Origin: Desulfobacterales bacterium
GTDB taxonomy: Bacteria > Desulfobacterota > Desulfobacteria > Desulfobacterales > JAHEIW01
Length of the DNA: 48,606 nt
NCBI GenBank assembly: GCA_050124655.1
Contig: JASFEV010000003.1
Location: 1-48,606 of the forward strand
Reading direction: 5' to 3'
Under the pieces are notes generated by a model. It worked only from the letters and a program-made list of their open reading frames with translations. It had not been told where the DNA came from and did no database searches. Positions 1 through 8,210 of this stretch are shown piece by piece (within the stretch, counting starts at the first letter, position 1; each line of letters starts with the position of its first letter). A program made the position numbers and the translations under genes.

Positions 1-146
<146 letters not shown>

Positions 147-179
147 TTTCACAAGAGATATTTTTCAAAGGAGCTAACC

Positions 180-659
180 ATGTCTTCATTTACCCATCTC
201 GATGACCAGGGGCGTGTTCGGATGGTGGATGTGACTGCCAAAGAGCCCACGGTTCGCACCGCAATGGCCGGTGGATTGATCTCGATGAATGCTGAGACAT
301 TCGACCTGATTCAAAGCCAGAAAGTGAAAAAAGGCAATGTCCTTGAAACCGCCCGTATTGCCGGTATTATGGCCGCCAAAAAAACCGCGGACCTGATCCC
401 CATGTGCCATCCCTTGAATATTACCCATATTCAGCTAGACTTTACCCCGCATGCCGCCAAAAGCTGCATCGGCATTGAAGCAACCGTGCGCGCCATCGAT
501 CAAACCGGTGTTGAAATGGAAGCCATCACCGCTGTTTCGGTTGCAGCGCTGACCATCTATGACATGTGCAAAGCCACCGATAAAGCAATGACCATTTCAC
601 AAATTCAATTGTTAAAAAAAACCGGCGGTAAAAGTGGCACTTACGTTCGCAAAGGATAA
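180..659 (+). CDS. moaC: cyclic pyranopterin monophosphate synthase MoaC
   Basis: FTHLD..G.VRMVDV, LIPMCHPL, TGVEMEA, LTIYDMCKA, KTGGKSG motifs; GGAG RBS. Confidence 0.97.
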   Translation: MSSFTHLDDQGRVRMVDVTAKEPTVRTAMAGGLISMNAETFDLIQSQKVKKGNVLETARIAGIMAAKKTADLIPMCHPLNITHIQLDFTPHAAKSCIGIEATVRAIDQTGVEMEAITAVSVAALTIYDMCKATDKAMTISQIQLLKKTGGKSGTYVRKG

Positions 660-667
660 CAAAACCG

Positions 668-1894
668 ATGAAGAATCGCCTTATTCTGAAAACCAAATGC
701 GTGCTCGTATTAACCGTTGCCCTTGCAGTATTGATCGCCGGTTGTCCGGCTCCTATTAAAAAGCCTCCGGAAGAGGCCGCCCTGGTCCGCACGTCCCATT
801 TTTCATATCCGGATTTCCAGGATGATCTGGAACTTGACGGTCTGGAACACAGTATTTTAAAAAGCCTGGAATACCTGCAAAGAGTGCCGGCCGATCGAAC
901 CTATACGTTTGCCGAAGACCGCTTCGATGCGGCCCATATGATAAAATCGCTGCAGCATTTTCTGGATTTTATTCGGACAAGCCCCAACCAGAGGGAATTA
1001 GAAAGCTTCATCCGTTCCAATTACATCGTCTATCAGTCGATCGGCAGGGACCAAAAGGGTGAAGTCCTGTTTACCGGCTATTACGAGCCCCATTTAAGCG
1101 GTCGTTTAGATAAGAACGAAGAGTATCGTTATCCGATTTACGCCCGGCCGACAGATTTGATGAAAATTGATCTGTCACCCTTTAATGAAAAATACAAGGG
1201 GCAAAGTATCGTGGGGCGCTACACGGATCAAACGGTGGTGCCTTACTTTGATCGCCGGGAAATCGACGAAGAAAAAGCACTGGTCGGCAGAGCTGAGGCC
1301 CTGGCGTGGGTGAAAGATCCGGTGGATGTGTTTTTCCTGCAAATTCAGGGCTCCGGCAAAATTTTTCTGAACACCGGTGAAGTCATCAATGTGCATTACC
1401 ATGGCAGCAACGGCCGACCGTATCGCAGCATCGGAAAACTTCTCATTGAAGAGCAAAAGATACCCCGCGAAGAAATGTCCATGCAAAGAATCCGTTCCTA
1501 TTTGCAGGCTCATCCGGAGGAAATGGCGTCGGTTTTTAACTACAATCCCAGTTATGTCTTTTTCAAAATCGAACCGGAAGGTCCCCTGGGCTCTCTGAAT
1601 GTGTTGCTAACACCGGGACGTTCCATTGCCCTGGACCGACGAATCTTTCCGCATGCGGCCCTGGCGTTTATCCAGACGAAAAAGCCGGTGGTCAACAGCG
1701 CCGGTCAAATTGATCGCTGGGTGGAATGTCAGCGCTTTGTGCTCAATCAGGATACCGGTGGCGCCATTCGAGGTCCCGGACGTGCCGATCTGTTCTGGGG
1801 CAATGGGCCCTATGCTGAAATTGCCGCCGGACATCTGGCACATGTCGGAGAATTGTATTTTTTAATTTTAAGACCAGAGACACCAAAAGGGTAA
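668..1894 (+). CDS. mltA: membrane-bound lytic murein transglycosylase A (lipoprotein)
   Basis: Lipobox LIAGC; FTGYYEP, FFLQIQGSG, NPSYVFF, QDTGGAIRGPGRADLFWG (3D domain) motifs. Confidence 0.95.
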   Translation: MKNRLILKTKCVLVLTVALAVLIAGCPAPIKKPPEEAALVRTSHFSYPDFQDDLELDGLEHSILKSLEYLQRVPADRTYTFAEDRFDAAHMIKSLQHFLDFIRTSPNQRELESFIRSNYIVYQSIGRDQKGEVLFTGYYEPHLSGRLDKNEEYRYPIYARPTDLMKIDLSPFNEKYKGQSIVGRYTDQTVVPYFDRREIDEEKALVGRAEALAWVKDPVDVFFLQIQGSGKIFLNTGEVINVHYHGSNGRPYRSIGKLLIEEQKIPREEMSMQRIRSYLQAHPEEMASVFNYNPSYVFFKIEPEGPLGSLNVLLTPGRSIALDRRIFPHAALAFIQTKKPVVNSAGQIDRWVECQRFVLNQDTGGAIRGPGRADLFWGNGPYAEIAAGHLAHVGELYFLILRPETPKG

Positions 1895-1900
1895 CTGATA

Positions 1901-2024
1901 TTGGAGTATTGGAGTAGCCTACTCCGCCGAAGTAGCTTCGGCTACGAAAGCCGGACTGGAGTAATGGTTAAAGGATTGACGCATTTTTTCATCACTCCAA
2001 TACTCCATCGCTCCAGTACTCCAA
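1901..2024. repeat. octamer (TGGAGTAN) tandem-repeat hairpin with nested 37-nt GC-rich palindromic insert (1918-1954)
   Basis: Left arm tggagtat/tggagtag/tggagtaa, right arm tcactcca/atactcca/tcgctcca/gtactcca; near-identical inverted copy of left arm plus insert at 9943-10018. Confidence 0.85.
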
Positions 2025-2134
2025 GTCTGAGACCTTTAAAAAAATTTGGAAAAACTAAAATTATCTTATTTATCGGTCACAGTACCAATTAACTGTATAA
2101 GACGCTTCGGCAACCATAGGAAAGCTGGTTATCC

Positions 2135-2163
2135 TTGACACTTGTACCTAAAACCAGTAGTTT
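2135..2163 (+). promoter_or_regulatory. sigma70-type promoter for tat genes
   Basis: TTGACA-17 nt-TAGTTT, 35 nt upstream of the ATG. Confidence 0.6.
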
Positions 2164-2198
2164 CAGCCTTCTAAATAGATTTTAACCAGAGGTAGCAC

Positions 2199-2654
2199 AT
2201 GTTTGGCATCGGCATGCCCGAATTGCTTTTATTGCTGGCGATCGCGCTGATCGTCATCGGACCCAAAAAATTGCCGGACCTGGCCAAATCGCTGGGTCGT
2301 GCAATGCGGGAATTTAGAAAAGCAACCAATGAGTTTAAAGAATCCATCCAGATTGATGAGGACCTTTCCGACGTCAAAAAAGCCTTCGATGATCTTGGCA
2401 GCGATATCAAGGATTCCGTTAGTCCGACCGAAGACACATCCGAGTTTAAACGACCCGCTGATCCGTATTCCGCCGAAGAGCAAAAAGATGAAGGAAAACA
2501 AACTACCGAGGTAGACGATCACACCGACAATGTGAAACAGGCGTTTGATCAATTAGATGACAGTGACAACGCATCTTCTGAAGCAGCAAAAGAAAGCAGC
2601 GCCGGCTCTGATGAAAAAGAAACGCCCAAGGAATCCAAAAAAGATGCTGGATGA
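2199..2654 (+). CDS. tatB: twin-arginine translocase TatA/TatB-family subunit with long acidic tail
   Basis: MFGIGMPELLLLLAIALIVIGPKKLPDLAKSLGRAMREFRKA; overlaps tatC start. TatA versus TatB is uncertain. Confidence 0.85.
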   Translation: MFGIGMPELLLLLAIALIVIGPKKLPDLAKSLGRAMREFRKATNEFKESIQIDEDLSDVKKAFDDLGSDIKDSVSPTEDTSEFKRPADPYSAEEQKDEGKQTTEVDDHTDNVKQAFDQLDDSDNASSEAAKESSAGSDEKETPKESKKDAG

Positions 2655-3408
2655 AGAAGAAAAAATCCCGTTTACCTCTCATCTTGAAGAGCTCAGAAGT
2701 CGGCTGATAAAATGCTTTATTGCGGTGGGTATCGGTTTCGCAGCCTCCTATGGTTTTAAAGAGATTTTATTCGATATCCTGGTGAATCCTTTGGTAAAGA
2801 TAATGGAGCCGGGAGATCACCTGATATTTACCGGCCTGCCGGAGGCGTTTTTTACCTACTTGAAAGTGTCGCTGCTAACCGGCATAATGCTGGCCAGCCC
2901 GGTCATCCTGTATCAATTCTGGATGTTTGTGGCACCGGGGCTTTATCAAAAAGAGCGCCGGCTGATGGGCCCTATCGTTTTGCTTTCCTCGTTTTTTTTT
3001 ATCGCCGGCGCGCTGTTCGGTTATTTTATCGTGTTTCCCTGGGGGTTTCGGTTTTTTTTGGGGTTTGCCACCGAATCCATCCGCCCTTTGCCTTCCATGA
3101 AAGAGTACCTGGCGTTTTCAGCCAAACTGCTGTTGGCCTTCGGGCTGGTATTTGAACTGCCCATGGTGCTAACCTTTATGGCGCGTCTGGGCATCGTTTC
3201 CGTGGATTTTTTGAAGCGTAATCGTAAATACGCCCTGCTGTTATTTTTCGCCGGGGCAGCTCTTTTGACCCCGCCCGATGTCGTCACCCAAGTAATGATG
3301 GCCGTTCCCTTAATGGTCATGTATGAGCTCAGCATTATCGGCGCCCGCATTTTTGGCAGAAAAAAGCAAGAGAATGAAACAGATAAAGCCGAGCAAAGTG
3401 CATCTTAG
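2644..3408 (+). CDS. tatC: twin-arginine translocase subunit TatC
   Basis: HLEELRSRL, YQFWMFVAPGLY..E, FGLVFELP, LLTPPDVVTQ motifs; start moved to ATG 2644 (MLDEEEK). Confidence 0.95.
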   Translation: MLDEEEKIPFTSHLEELRSRLIKCFIAVGIGFAASYGFKEILFDILVNPLVKIMEPGDHLIFTGLPEAFFTYLKVSLLTGIMLASPVILYQFWMFVAPGLYQKERRLMGPIVLLSSFFFIAGALFGYFIVFPWGFRFFLGFATESIRPLPSMKEYLAFSAKLLLAFGLVFELPMVLTFMARLGIVSVDFLKRNRKYALLLFFAGAALLTPPDVVTQVMMAVPLMVMYELSIIGARIFGRKKQENETDKAEQSAS

Positions 3409-3591
3409 ATTTGACCCTACCGGTTTCACTCTATAATAAACAAAAATTTGTCGTCTTTTTAGGATAGACGTGCGTCCGTATCTTACGGGCGCTTGTCGTA
3501 TGCTGTTGCATCCCGTTTTCTTATTTCAGCGGAAAATTTTTATGGCAATAATTTCAGAATATTACAATATTTTTGCATAAAATGTTTGTGA

Positions 3592-3620
3592 TTGACAGAA
3601 TACTTTTGGCCTGATAAAGA
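3592..3620 (+). promoter_or_regulatory. sigma70-type promoter for cytochrome c3
   Basis: TTGACA-17 nt-TAAAGA in an AT-rich intergenic region. Confidence 0.5.
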
Positions 3621-3687
3621 AATAATCTTAATTTTGTGAAACCTCGGGGAAAAGTTAACCGTTGAACAAAGGAGGGGATAGAGAATC

Positions 3688-4191
3688 ATGAATAAAAAGT
3701 TGTTGATTTTGATTGTTGTCGGCTGTGCTGTCCTATTTTTTGCCGCCGGAATTTATGCCAAAAAAGTTGCTGACGTCATCCCTTTGCAGGACCCGGCCTA
3801 CAAAGAGCACACCAAAGGGATTGTTCAGTTTTCACACGGTAAACACCAGAAAGAATATGCTGAACAGTACCCGGATTTATACAAAAACGGTTGCGGGGAG
3901 TGTCACCACGACAAAGACGGTAAGCCGCTTGCCAGTCTGAAAGAAGGTGACGATGTTCAAAAATGCATCGAGTGCCATACGAAACCCGGTGAAGTCTCCA
4001 AAGAGCTTAAAAAGCAATGGCGCGAAAAAAAGGTTAAACAAGCCGAACAGAAAAAAATCAAGCTCGAATATCACGCTGAAGCCTATCATATGAACTGCCG
4101 CGGTTGTCACAAGGCCTTCAACAAGAAATATAAGCCCAAAAAAGCACCGACAACCTGCACCAAGTGCCATCCGAAAACAGAAGGCGAATAA
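3688..4191 (+). CDS. periplasmic tetraheme cytochrome c3 (class III)
   Basis: Signal peptide; FSHGKH; four CxxCH motifs (CGECH, CIECH, CRGCH, CTKCH); AAGGAGG RBS. Confidence 0.92.
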   Translation: MNKKLLILIVVGCAVLFFAAGIYAKKVADVIPLQDPAYKEHTKGIVQFSHGKHQKEYAEQYPDLYKNGCGECHHDKDGKPLASLKEGDDVQKCIECHTKPGEVSKELKKQWREKKVKQAEQKKIKLEYHAEAYHMNCRGCHKAFNKKYKPKKAPTTCTKCHPKTEGE

Positions 4192-4201
4192 CCTGATCAT
4201 C

Positions 4202-4238
4202 AAAAAAAGCCTGCATCCTCAAGATGCAGGCTTTTTTT
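4202..4238. terminator. bidirectional intrinsic terminator
   Basis: aaaaaaa-gcctgcatc-ctcaa-gatgcaggc-ttttttt between convergent genes. Confidence 0.9.
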
Positions 4239-4289
4239 ATGGAATAATCGAATTATTTCTTACTTCATTATTTTAGAAAAAGTAGAATT

Positions 4290-4365
4290 AAATCTATCTC
4301 AAAAATAGTGGATTACGCTCAAGGGTCCGCCTGCGGCGGATTAGATGCATTTTTGAGATCGATTT
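4290..4365. mobile_element. 76-bp MITE-like element with 17-bp terminal inverted repeats
   Basis: aaatctatctcaaaaat (4290-4306) vs atttttgagatcgattt (4349-4365), 16/17 complementary; internal palindrome gtccgcctgcggcggatt. Confidence 0.5.
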
Positions 4366-5170
4366 TTTTTAGAGCAATAGCTGCCCAGTCATGCTCATCC
4401 GCCGTCCAAACCGCTTCAAGATGCCGACCGGCATAAAGCCCCAATAAATTCTGCATCTCATGCAGCCGAAAACCGGATAGAACCATCCAGCCACCGTTAT
4501 CGGTTAGCTGCAAAATTTGTGGATAAAGGTTTTTCAGCGTCGGGTAGCGCAGGTTGGCCATTACCAATGAATAAGCTGTATCGAGGGTCTCGATTTTACG
4601 CTCCGATATAACCAGTCGATCCTGCAGGTGATTGAGGTCCACATTTGCTCCGGCTTCCGCAATGGCGCAAGGATCAATATCAATGCCCAGTCCCTTTTTT
4701 ATTCCCAGGTAAACGGCGGCCATCGCCAGAATACCCGACCCGGTGCCGATGTCCAGCACAGAGCAATCCGCGCCCAGCCAACTCGGTCGCACTGTCTTTA
4801 AAACATATTCAAGAGCCCGGACCGACAAACGTGTGGTCGCATGCCGTCCGCCGCCAAAGGCTGCCCCGGGCTGAATGCGGATAACCACATCATCGGGCGC
4901 CGGTTTAAATCGATGCCCCGGTGGTTTGACCACGACATGGTCTGAAATGCGCACCGGTTTGTTAAAGGATAGCACCAGAAATGTGCTGCCGAATTCATAG
5001 CTATATTCCAGCTCACCTCTGGCAACCAAATTCTTTAATACTGCTTTAGCGCGAATCTTGTCCAGGCCGTATGTTGCGGTGATGGTCTTTTCAAGATGCT
5101 GGGGCGTTAAGCGGGCGGGTGATGTCGCTATTTTTTTAAGAATCGCTGCTTCAATCCGATGAAGATCCAT
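4319..5170 (-). CDS. PrmA-like SAM-dependent methyltransferase with N-terminal winged-helix (DsrD-like) domain
   Basis: IQPGAAFGGGRHATT (PrmA PG.AFGTG.H.TT), VLDIGTGSGILAMAA (SAM motif I), VMANL, LSG motifs; start set at ATG 5170, 10 nt after the dsrN stop. Confidence 0.85.
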   Translation of the reverse strand: MDLHRIEAAILKKIATSPARLTPQHLEKTITATYGLDKIRAKAVLKNLVARGELEYSYEFGSTFLVLSFNKPVRISDHVVVKPPGHRFKPAPDDVVIRIQPGAAFGGGRHATTRLSVRALEYVLKTVRPSWLGADCSVLDIGTGSGILAMAAVYLGIKKGLGIDIDPCAIAEAGANVDLNHLQDRLVISERKIETLDTAYSLVMANLRYPTLKNLYPQILQLTDNGGWMVLSGFRLHEMQNLLGLYAGRHLEAVWTADEHDWAAIALKKIDLKNASNPPQADP

Positions 5171-5180
5171 TGAACGTGCA

Positions 5181-6692
5181 TCATTGAGCTTTTTTGTGTT
5201 TATAGACGATGGCATTGCGCACCAGCGCCGGCGCCCAATGTGGGGTCCCCAGGGCGTGGATGTGGGTATAGGTGGCCAGTACATTTTTATAGCAGATGCC
5301 GTCTTTGTTCCTGGTAATCCCAACCCCCCGCTGCATGCGGAAAACCAGATCTTTTTCATCGCCGCTCCATTTCAGTACCCGGGAGTAGTGAAACTCGTGA
5401 CCCCGGATCTCAGCACCGATGTCATAATAGGGGTTGTCGCCTTCAACGCTCACTACCGTATAGCCGTGACCCTGGGGCCGGGGATAGAAATCAAACGTCA
5501 ATGGCAACACCCCGACCATGGGATACGAATTTTCTTCGAGCACCAGTTCCTGGCCCAGGTACATTAAGCCACCGCACTCGGCATAAATCGGCAGACCGTC
5601 TTCGGCCATGGCCTTGAGCGCGTCGCGGAAGCTTTTGTTTTCAGCCAGTTGCTGGGCATGGGTTTCCGGAAATCCGCCCCCGATGTAGAGCGCATCCAAT
5701 GCCGGCAATTTGTTTTGCGTCAACGGACTAATGAAAACAATTTCTGCACCGGCCAGTTTGAGGGCATCAATATTTTCCGGATAATAAAACTGAAATGCCG
5801 AATCTTTGATAACTCCAATCCGGGGCCTCTCAGCTTCACCGCCAGCTATTTCAATTCTGTCATCTGCCTTCTGACCTCTGCTTGCCGCGCCGAAGCCTTT
5901 AGGCGAAGGCCGGACCTCTGTTTTCTGTTCTCTGTCCTCTGTCCTCTGTCCTCTGTCTTCTGTATCTAGCGGGGGTAAATCCTGGATGCATTCATAAACA
6001 GCATCCAGGTCAATGTGATCGTTGGCCACCTTTGCAGCAGTATCAATGGATTCGCCGGCCCAATCGTGTTCGGGGGTGGGAACCAGCCCCATGTGGCGTT
6101 CCGGAAAAATCTGGGTTTTCAGCTTGGGAAGGGCACCTAGAACCGGGATCCCGCAATAGTGTTCGATGTTGTCACGCAGGATGCGCTCGTGGCGCGCGCC
6201 CGCCACCCGGTTGAGCACGACCCCTTTGATCATCACATTCGGATCAAATTGAACAAGGCCGGAAATGACCGCCGCCATGGTGCGGGTAATCTTGGTGCAA
6301 TCCACACACATCAAGACCGGGGTTTTGAGCAACTTGGCCAGTTCAGCCGTACTGGTGCTGCCGGCCAGATCAATGCCGTCATAAAGCCCGCGGTTGCCTT
6401 CGATGACGGCAATATCATCTTGGTGGGTATGGGCTAAGAAGGACTGTACAATCTGAGGGGACGCTAAAAGAAACGTGTCCAGATTATAACAGGGCCGATT
6501 GGCCGCCAGGGCCAACCAGCCCGTATCGATATAATCCGGACCCTTTTTAAAGGGAGCGACGGATCTGTTGCGCATTTTCCAGGCAGCAATCAGTCCGATG
6601 GAAAGTATGGTCTTGCCCGAACCACCGCGTAATGCGGCAATCATGATACGCGGAAACCGCATTCTATCCGCTTGTTTTAAGATGGTGTTCAA
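5181..6692 (-). CDS. dsrN: siroheme/cobyrinate a,c-diamide synthase-family amidase DsrN
   Basis: GGSGKT, FKKGPDYID, IEGNRGLYDG, ERHMGL, AECGGLMYLG, GHEFHYS, YTHIH motifs of the CbiA/CobB family; position after dsrD indicates DsrN; start may be ATG 6662. Confidence 0.9.
   Translation of the reverse strand: MNTILKQADRMRFPRIMIAALRGGSGKTILSIGLIAAWKMRNRSVAPFKKGPDYIDTGWLALAANRPCYNLDTFLLASPQIVQSFLAHTHQDDIAVIEGNRGLYDGIDLAGSTSTAELAKLLKTPVLMCVDCTKITRTMAAVISGLVQFDPNVMIKGVVLNRVAGARHERILRDNIEHYCGIPVLGALPKLKTQIFPERHMGLVPTPEHDWAGESIDTAAKVANDHIDLDAVYECIQDLPPLDTEDRGQRTEDREQKTEVRPSPKGFGAASRGQKADDRIEIAGGEAERPRIGVIKDSAFQFYYPENIDALKLAGAEIVFISPLTQNKLPALDALYIGGGFPETHAQQLAENKSFRDALKAMAEDGLPIYAECGGLMYLGQELVLEENSYPMVGVLPLTFDFYPRPQGHGYTVVSVEGDNPYYDIGAEIRGHEFHYSRVLKWSGDEKDLVFRMQRGVGITRNKDGICYKNVLATYTHIHALGTPHWAPALVRNAIVYKHKKAQ
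5856..5965. repeat. 11 x 7-nt (TCTGTCC-like) tandem array with nested 33-nt insert, in frame inside dsrN
   Basis: tctgtca tctgcct tctgacc tctg[5881-5913]acc tctgttt tctgttc tctgtcc x3 tctgtct tctgtat; same heptamer family intergenic at 11214-11323. Confidence 0.85.
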
Positions 6693-6733
6693 AGATCAGA
6701 GAAAATCAGCCCGGCATTAGGCAAATGAATAGC

Positions 6734-6979
6734 CTAATCATGTTCTTCGGCACCCGCCTGTTTGCCGGTACCTTTAAGTCCGTATAATGACGTACTACCA
6801 CTGGACCAGTATTCCAGAACCTCTTCCTGCACCAGACGATTGATGACTTTCTTGGCCTCGCGCGGCTTGGCTTCTAAAATCTTGGCCAGGTCATTGAAGT
6901 AAAATTTGGACTTGGTTTTTTGTTTCTTTTGCAGGGCTGCAACGATTTTCTCTTTTGATTCCTCATAATCCAGAGCCAT
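6734..6979 (-). CDS. dsrD: dissimilatory sulfite reductase activator DsrD
   Basis: KSKFYFNDL...LEYWSSGSTSLYGLKG signature, directly after dsrB; AGAGGT RBS. Confidence 0.96.
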   Translation of the reverse strand: MALDYEESKEKIVAALQKKQKTKSKFYFNDLAKILEAKPREAKKVINRLVQEEVLEYWSSGSTSLYGLKGTGKQAGAEEHD

Positions 6980-7001
6980 AATTTACCTCTTTTCGGCAAA
7001 A

Positions 7002-7037
7002 TGCAGGGGGCATGCTATGAATAATATGCCCCCTGCA
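7002..7037 (-). terminator. strong hairpin between dsrB and dsrD (partial terminator or mRNA stabiliser)
   Basis: tgcagggggcat / atgccccctgca perfect 12-bp stem followed by a short U run on the minus strand. Confidence 0.6.
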
Positions 7038-7052
7038 GTTTTAAATTAGCGC

Positions 7053-8198
7053 TTAAAACTTGAATTGCGTGGTCTGGCGCCAAGTAAAATACGCCGGATC
7101 GCGGAAATCATCGATCAGGTGGTGGGTAAATTCCAGTTCACATTTCTCAAAGAATCTTTCCCACCCGATGCGCTCGGCCCATTCGCCCAGACGCTCATAT
7201 TTATTGGCGCCTTTCTCGTAGGCCTGCACGATATGTTTGATGCAATCCGTGGTCTTCGGCCAGCGCGGCGGCTCGTTCGGAATAAAGGCCACCACGACCT
7301 TGGAAAACTTCGGGGCGCTGATGCGGTTGGATACCTTGCCGCCCGCCATGATAACGATGCCGTCACCTTCCGTGTCGGCCAGCGGCATGGAGGGGCACAT
7401 GGTGTAGCAATTGCCGCAGAACATGCAGCGGGGTTCATTGACTGCCACACTGTTGACCTTTTCGCCTTTAAACTCGACCTTGGCCGGTTTGATGGCAGCC
7501 GTCGGGCAAGCAGCAATGGCCAGCGGGATCTCGCACATCTTATCCAGATATTCATGATCCAGCATCGGCGGTTTGCGGTGGTAGCCCAGGATGGCGATAT
7601 CCGAACAATGCACCGCACCGCACATGTTCAGACAGCAGGCCAGGGATACACGCAGCTTGGCCGGTAATTTGTGCTCTTTAAAATAATCAAAGAGCACGTC
7701 CATGGTGGCCTTGACCGGCCCGGAGGCATCGGTGGCCGGTGTGTGGCAGTGAATCCAGCCCTGGGTGTGCACGATGTTGGTGATGGAGGTGCCGGTTCCG
7801 CCCACCGGAAACTTGAAGCTGCCGCCGGCAAACTTGCGGCTTTCAAGATCCTTGATCAGCGGATCGACCTTGCTTTCCTCGTCCACCATAAATTCGATGT
7901 TGTTGCGCGTAGTAAAACGCAGGTGGCCGCCGCAATGTTTTTCGGCGATATCGCAGATCTCACGGATGTGGGAGGTGCTCATCAACCGGGCACCCCCGCA
8001 GCGGACCGTAAAAACTTTGTCGCCGGATTCGGCCACATGCACCAAGACGCCGGGTTTGATGACATCATGATACAGCCATTTGCCCTTGTTTTTGGCAATC
8101 ACCGGCGGATAAAATTCGTCGTATTTTCGCGGACCGATGTCTGAAATTCTGTTTTCCATCGGTTTGTCAGGATTGTAACCTGATGATACAAATGCCAT
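7053..8198 (-). CDS. dsrB: dissimilatory sulfite reductase beta subunit
   Basis: [64 protein letters not shown] ferredoxin domain, WRQTTQFKF. Confidence 0.99.
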   Translation of the reverse strand: MAFVSSGYNPDKPMENRISDIGPRKYDEFYPPVIAKNKGKWLYHDVIKPGVLVHVAESGDKVFTVRCGGARLMSTSHIREICDIAEKHCGGHLRFTTRNNIEFMVDEESKVDPLIKDLESRKFAGGSFKFPVGGTGTSITNIVHTQGWIHCHTPATDASGPVKATMDVLFDYFKEHKLPAKLRVSLACCLNMCGAVHCSDIAILGYHRKPPMLDHEYLDKMCEIPLAIAACPTAAIKPAKVEFKGEKVNSVAVNEPRCMFCGNCYTMCPSMPLADTEGDGIVIMAGGKVSNRISAPKFSKVVVAFIPNEPPRWPKTTDCIKHIVQAYEKGANKYERLGEWAERIGWERFFEKCELEFTHHLIDDFRDPAYFTWRQTTQFKF

Positions 8199-8210
8199 GG
8201 TCTTATCCCC

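Noticed and set aside
1901-2092. 63-aa ORF MEYWSS... and similar ORFs at 16370-16591, 13288-13515, 46133-46453
   Set aside because: Translations of repeat elements, not credible genes
2992-3059. Poly-T tracts in tatC as slippage sites
   Set aside because: Explained by Phe runs in TM helices; frame intact
3411-3530. Possible sRNA: TTGACC...TATAAT followed by hairpin gcgtccgta-tct-tacgggcgc
   Set aside because: 15-nt spacer is too short and no recognisable RNA family; the hairpin may just terminate tatC
3634-3651. Rex half-site TTGTGAA near the cytochrome c3 promoter
   Set aside because: Second half (CGGGGAA) does not match
5171-5359. Extended N-terminus of the methyltransferase ORF given by the track
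   Set aside because: Overlaps the dsrN 3' end in another frame; ATG 5170 fits operon spacing and the domain start
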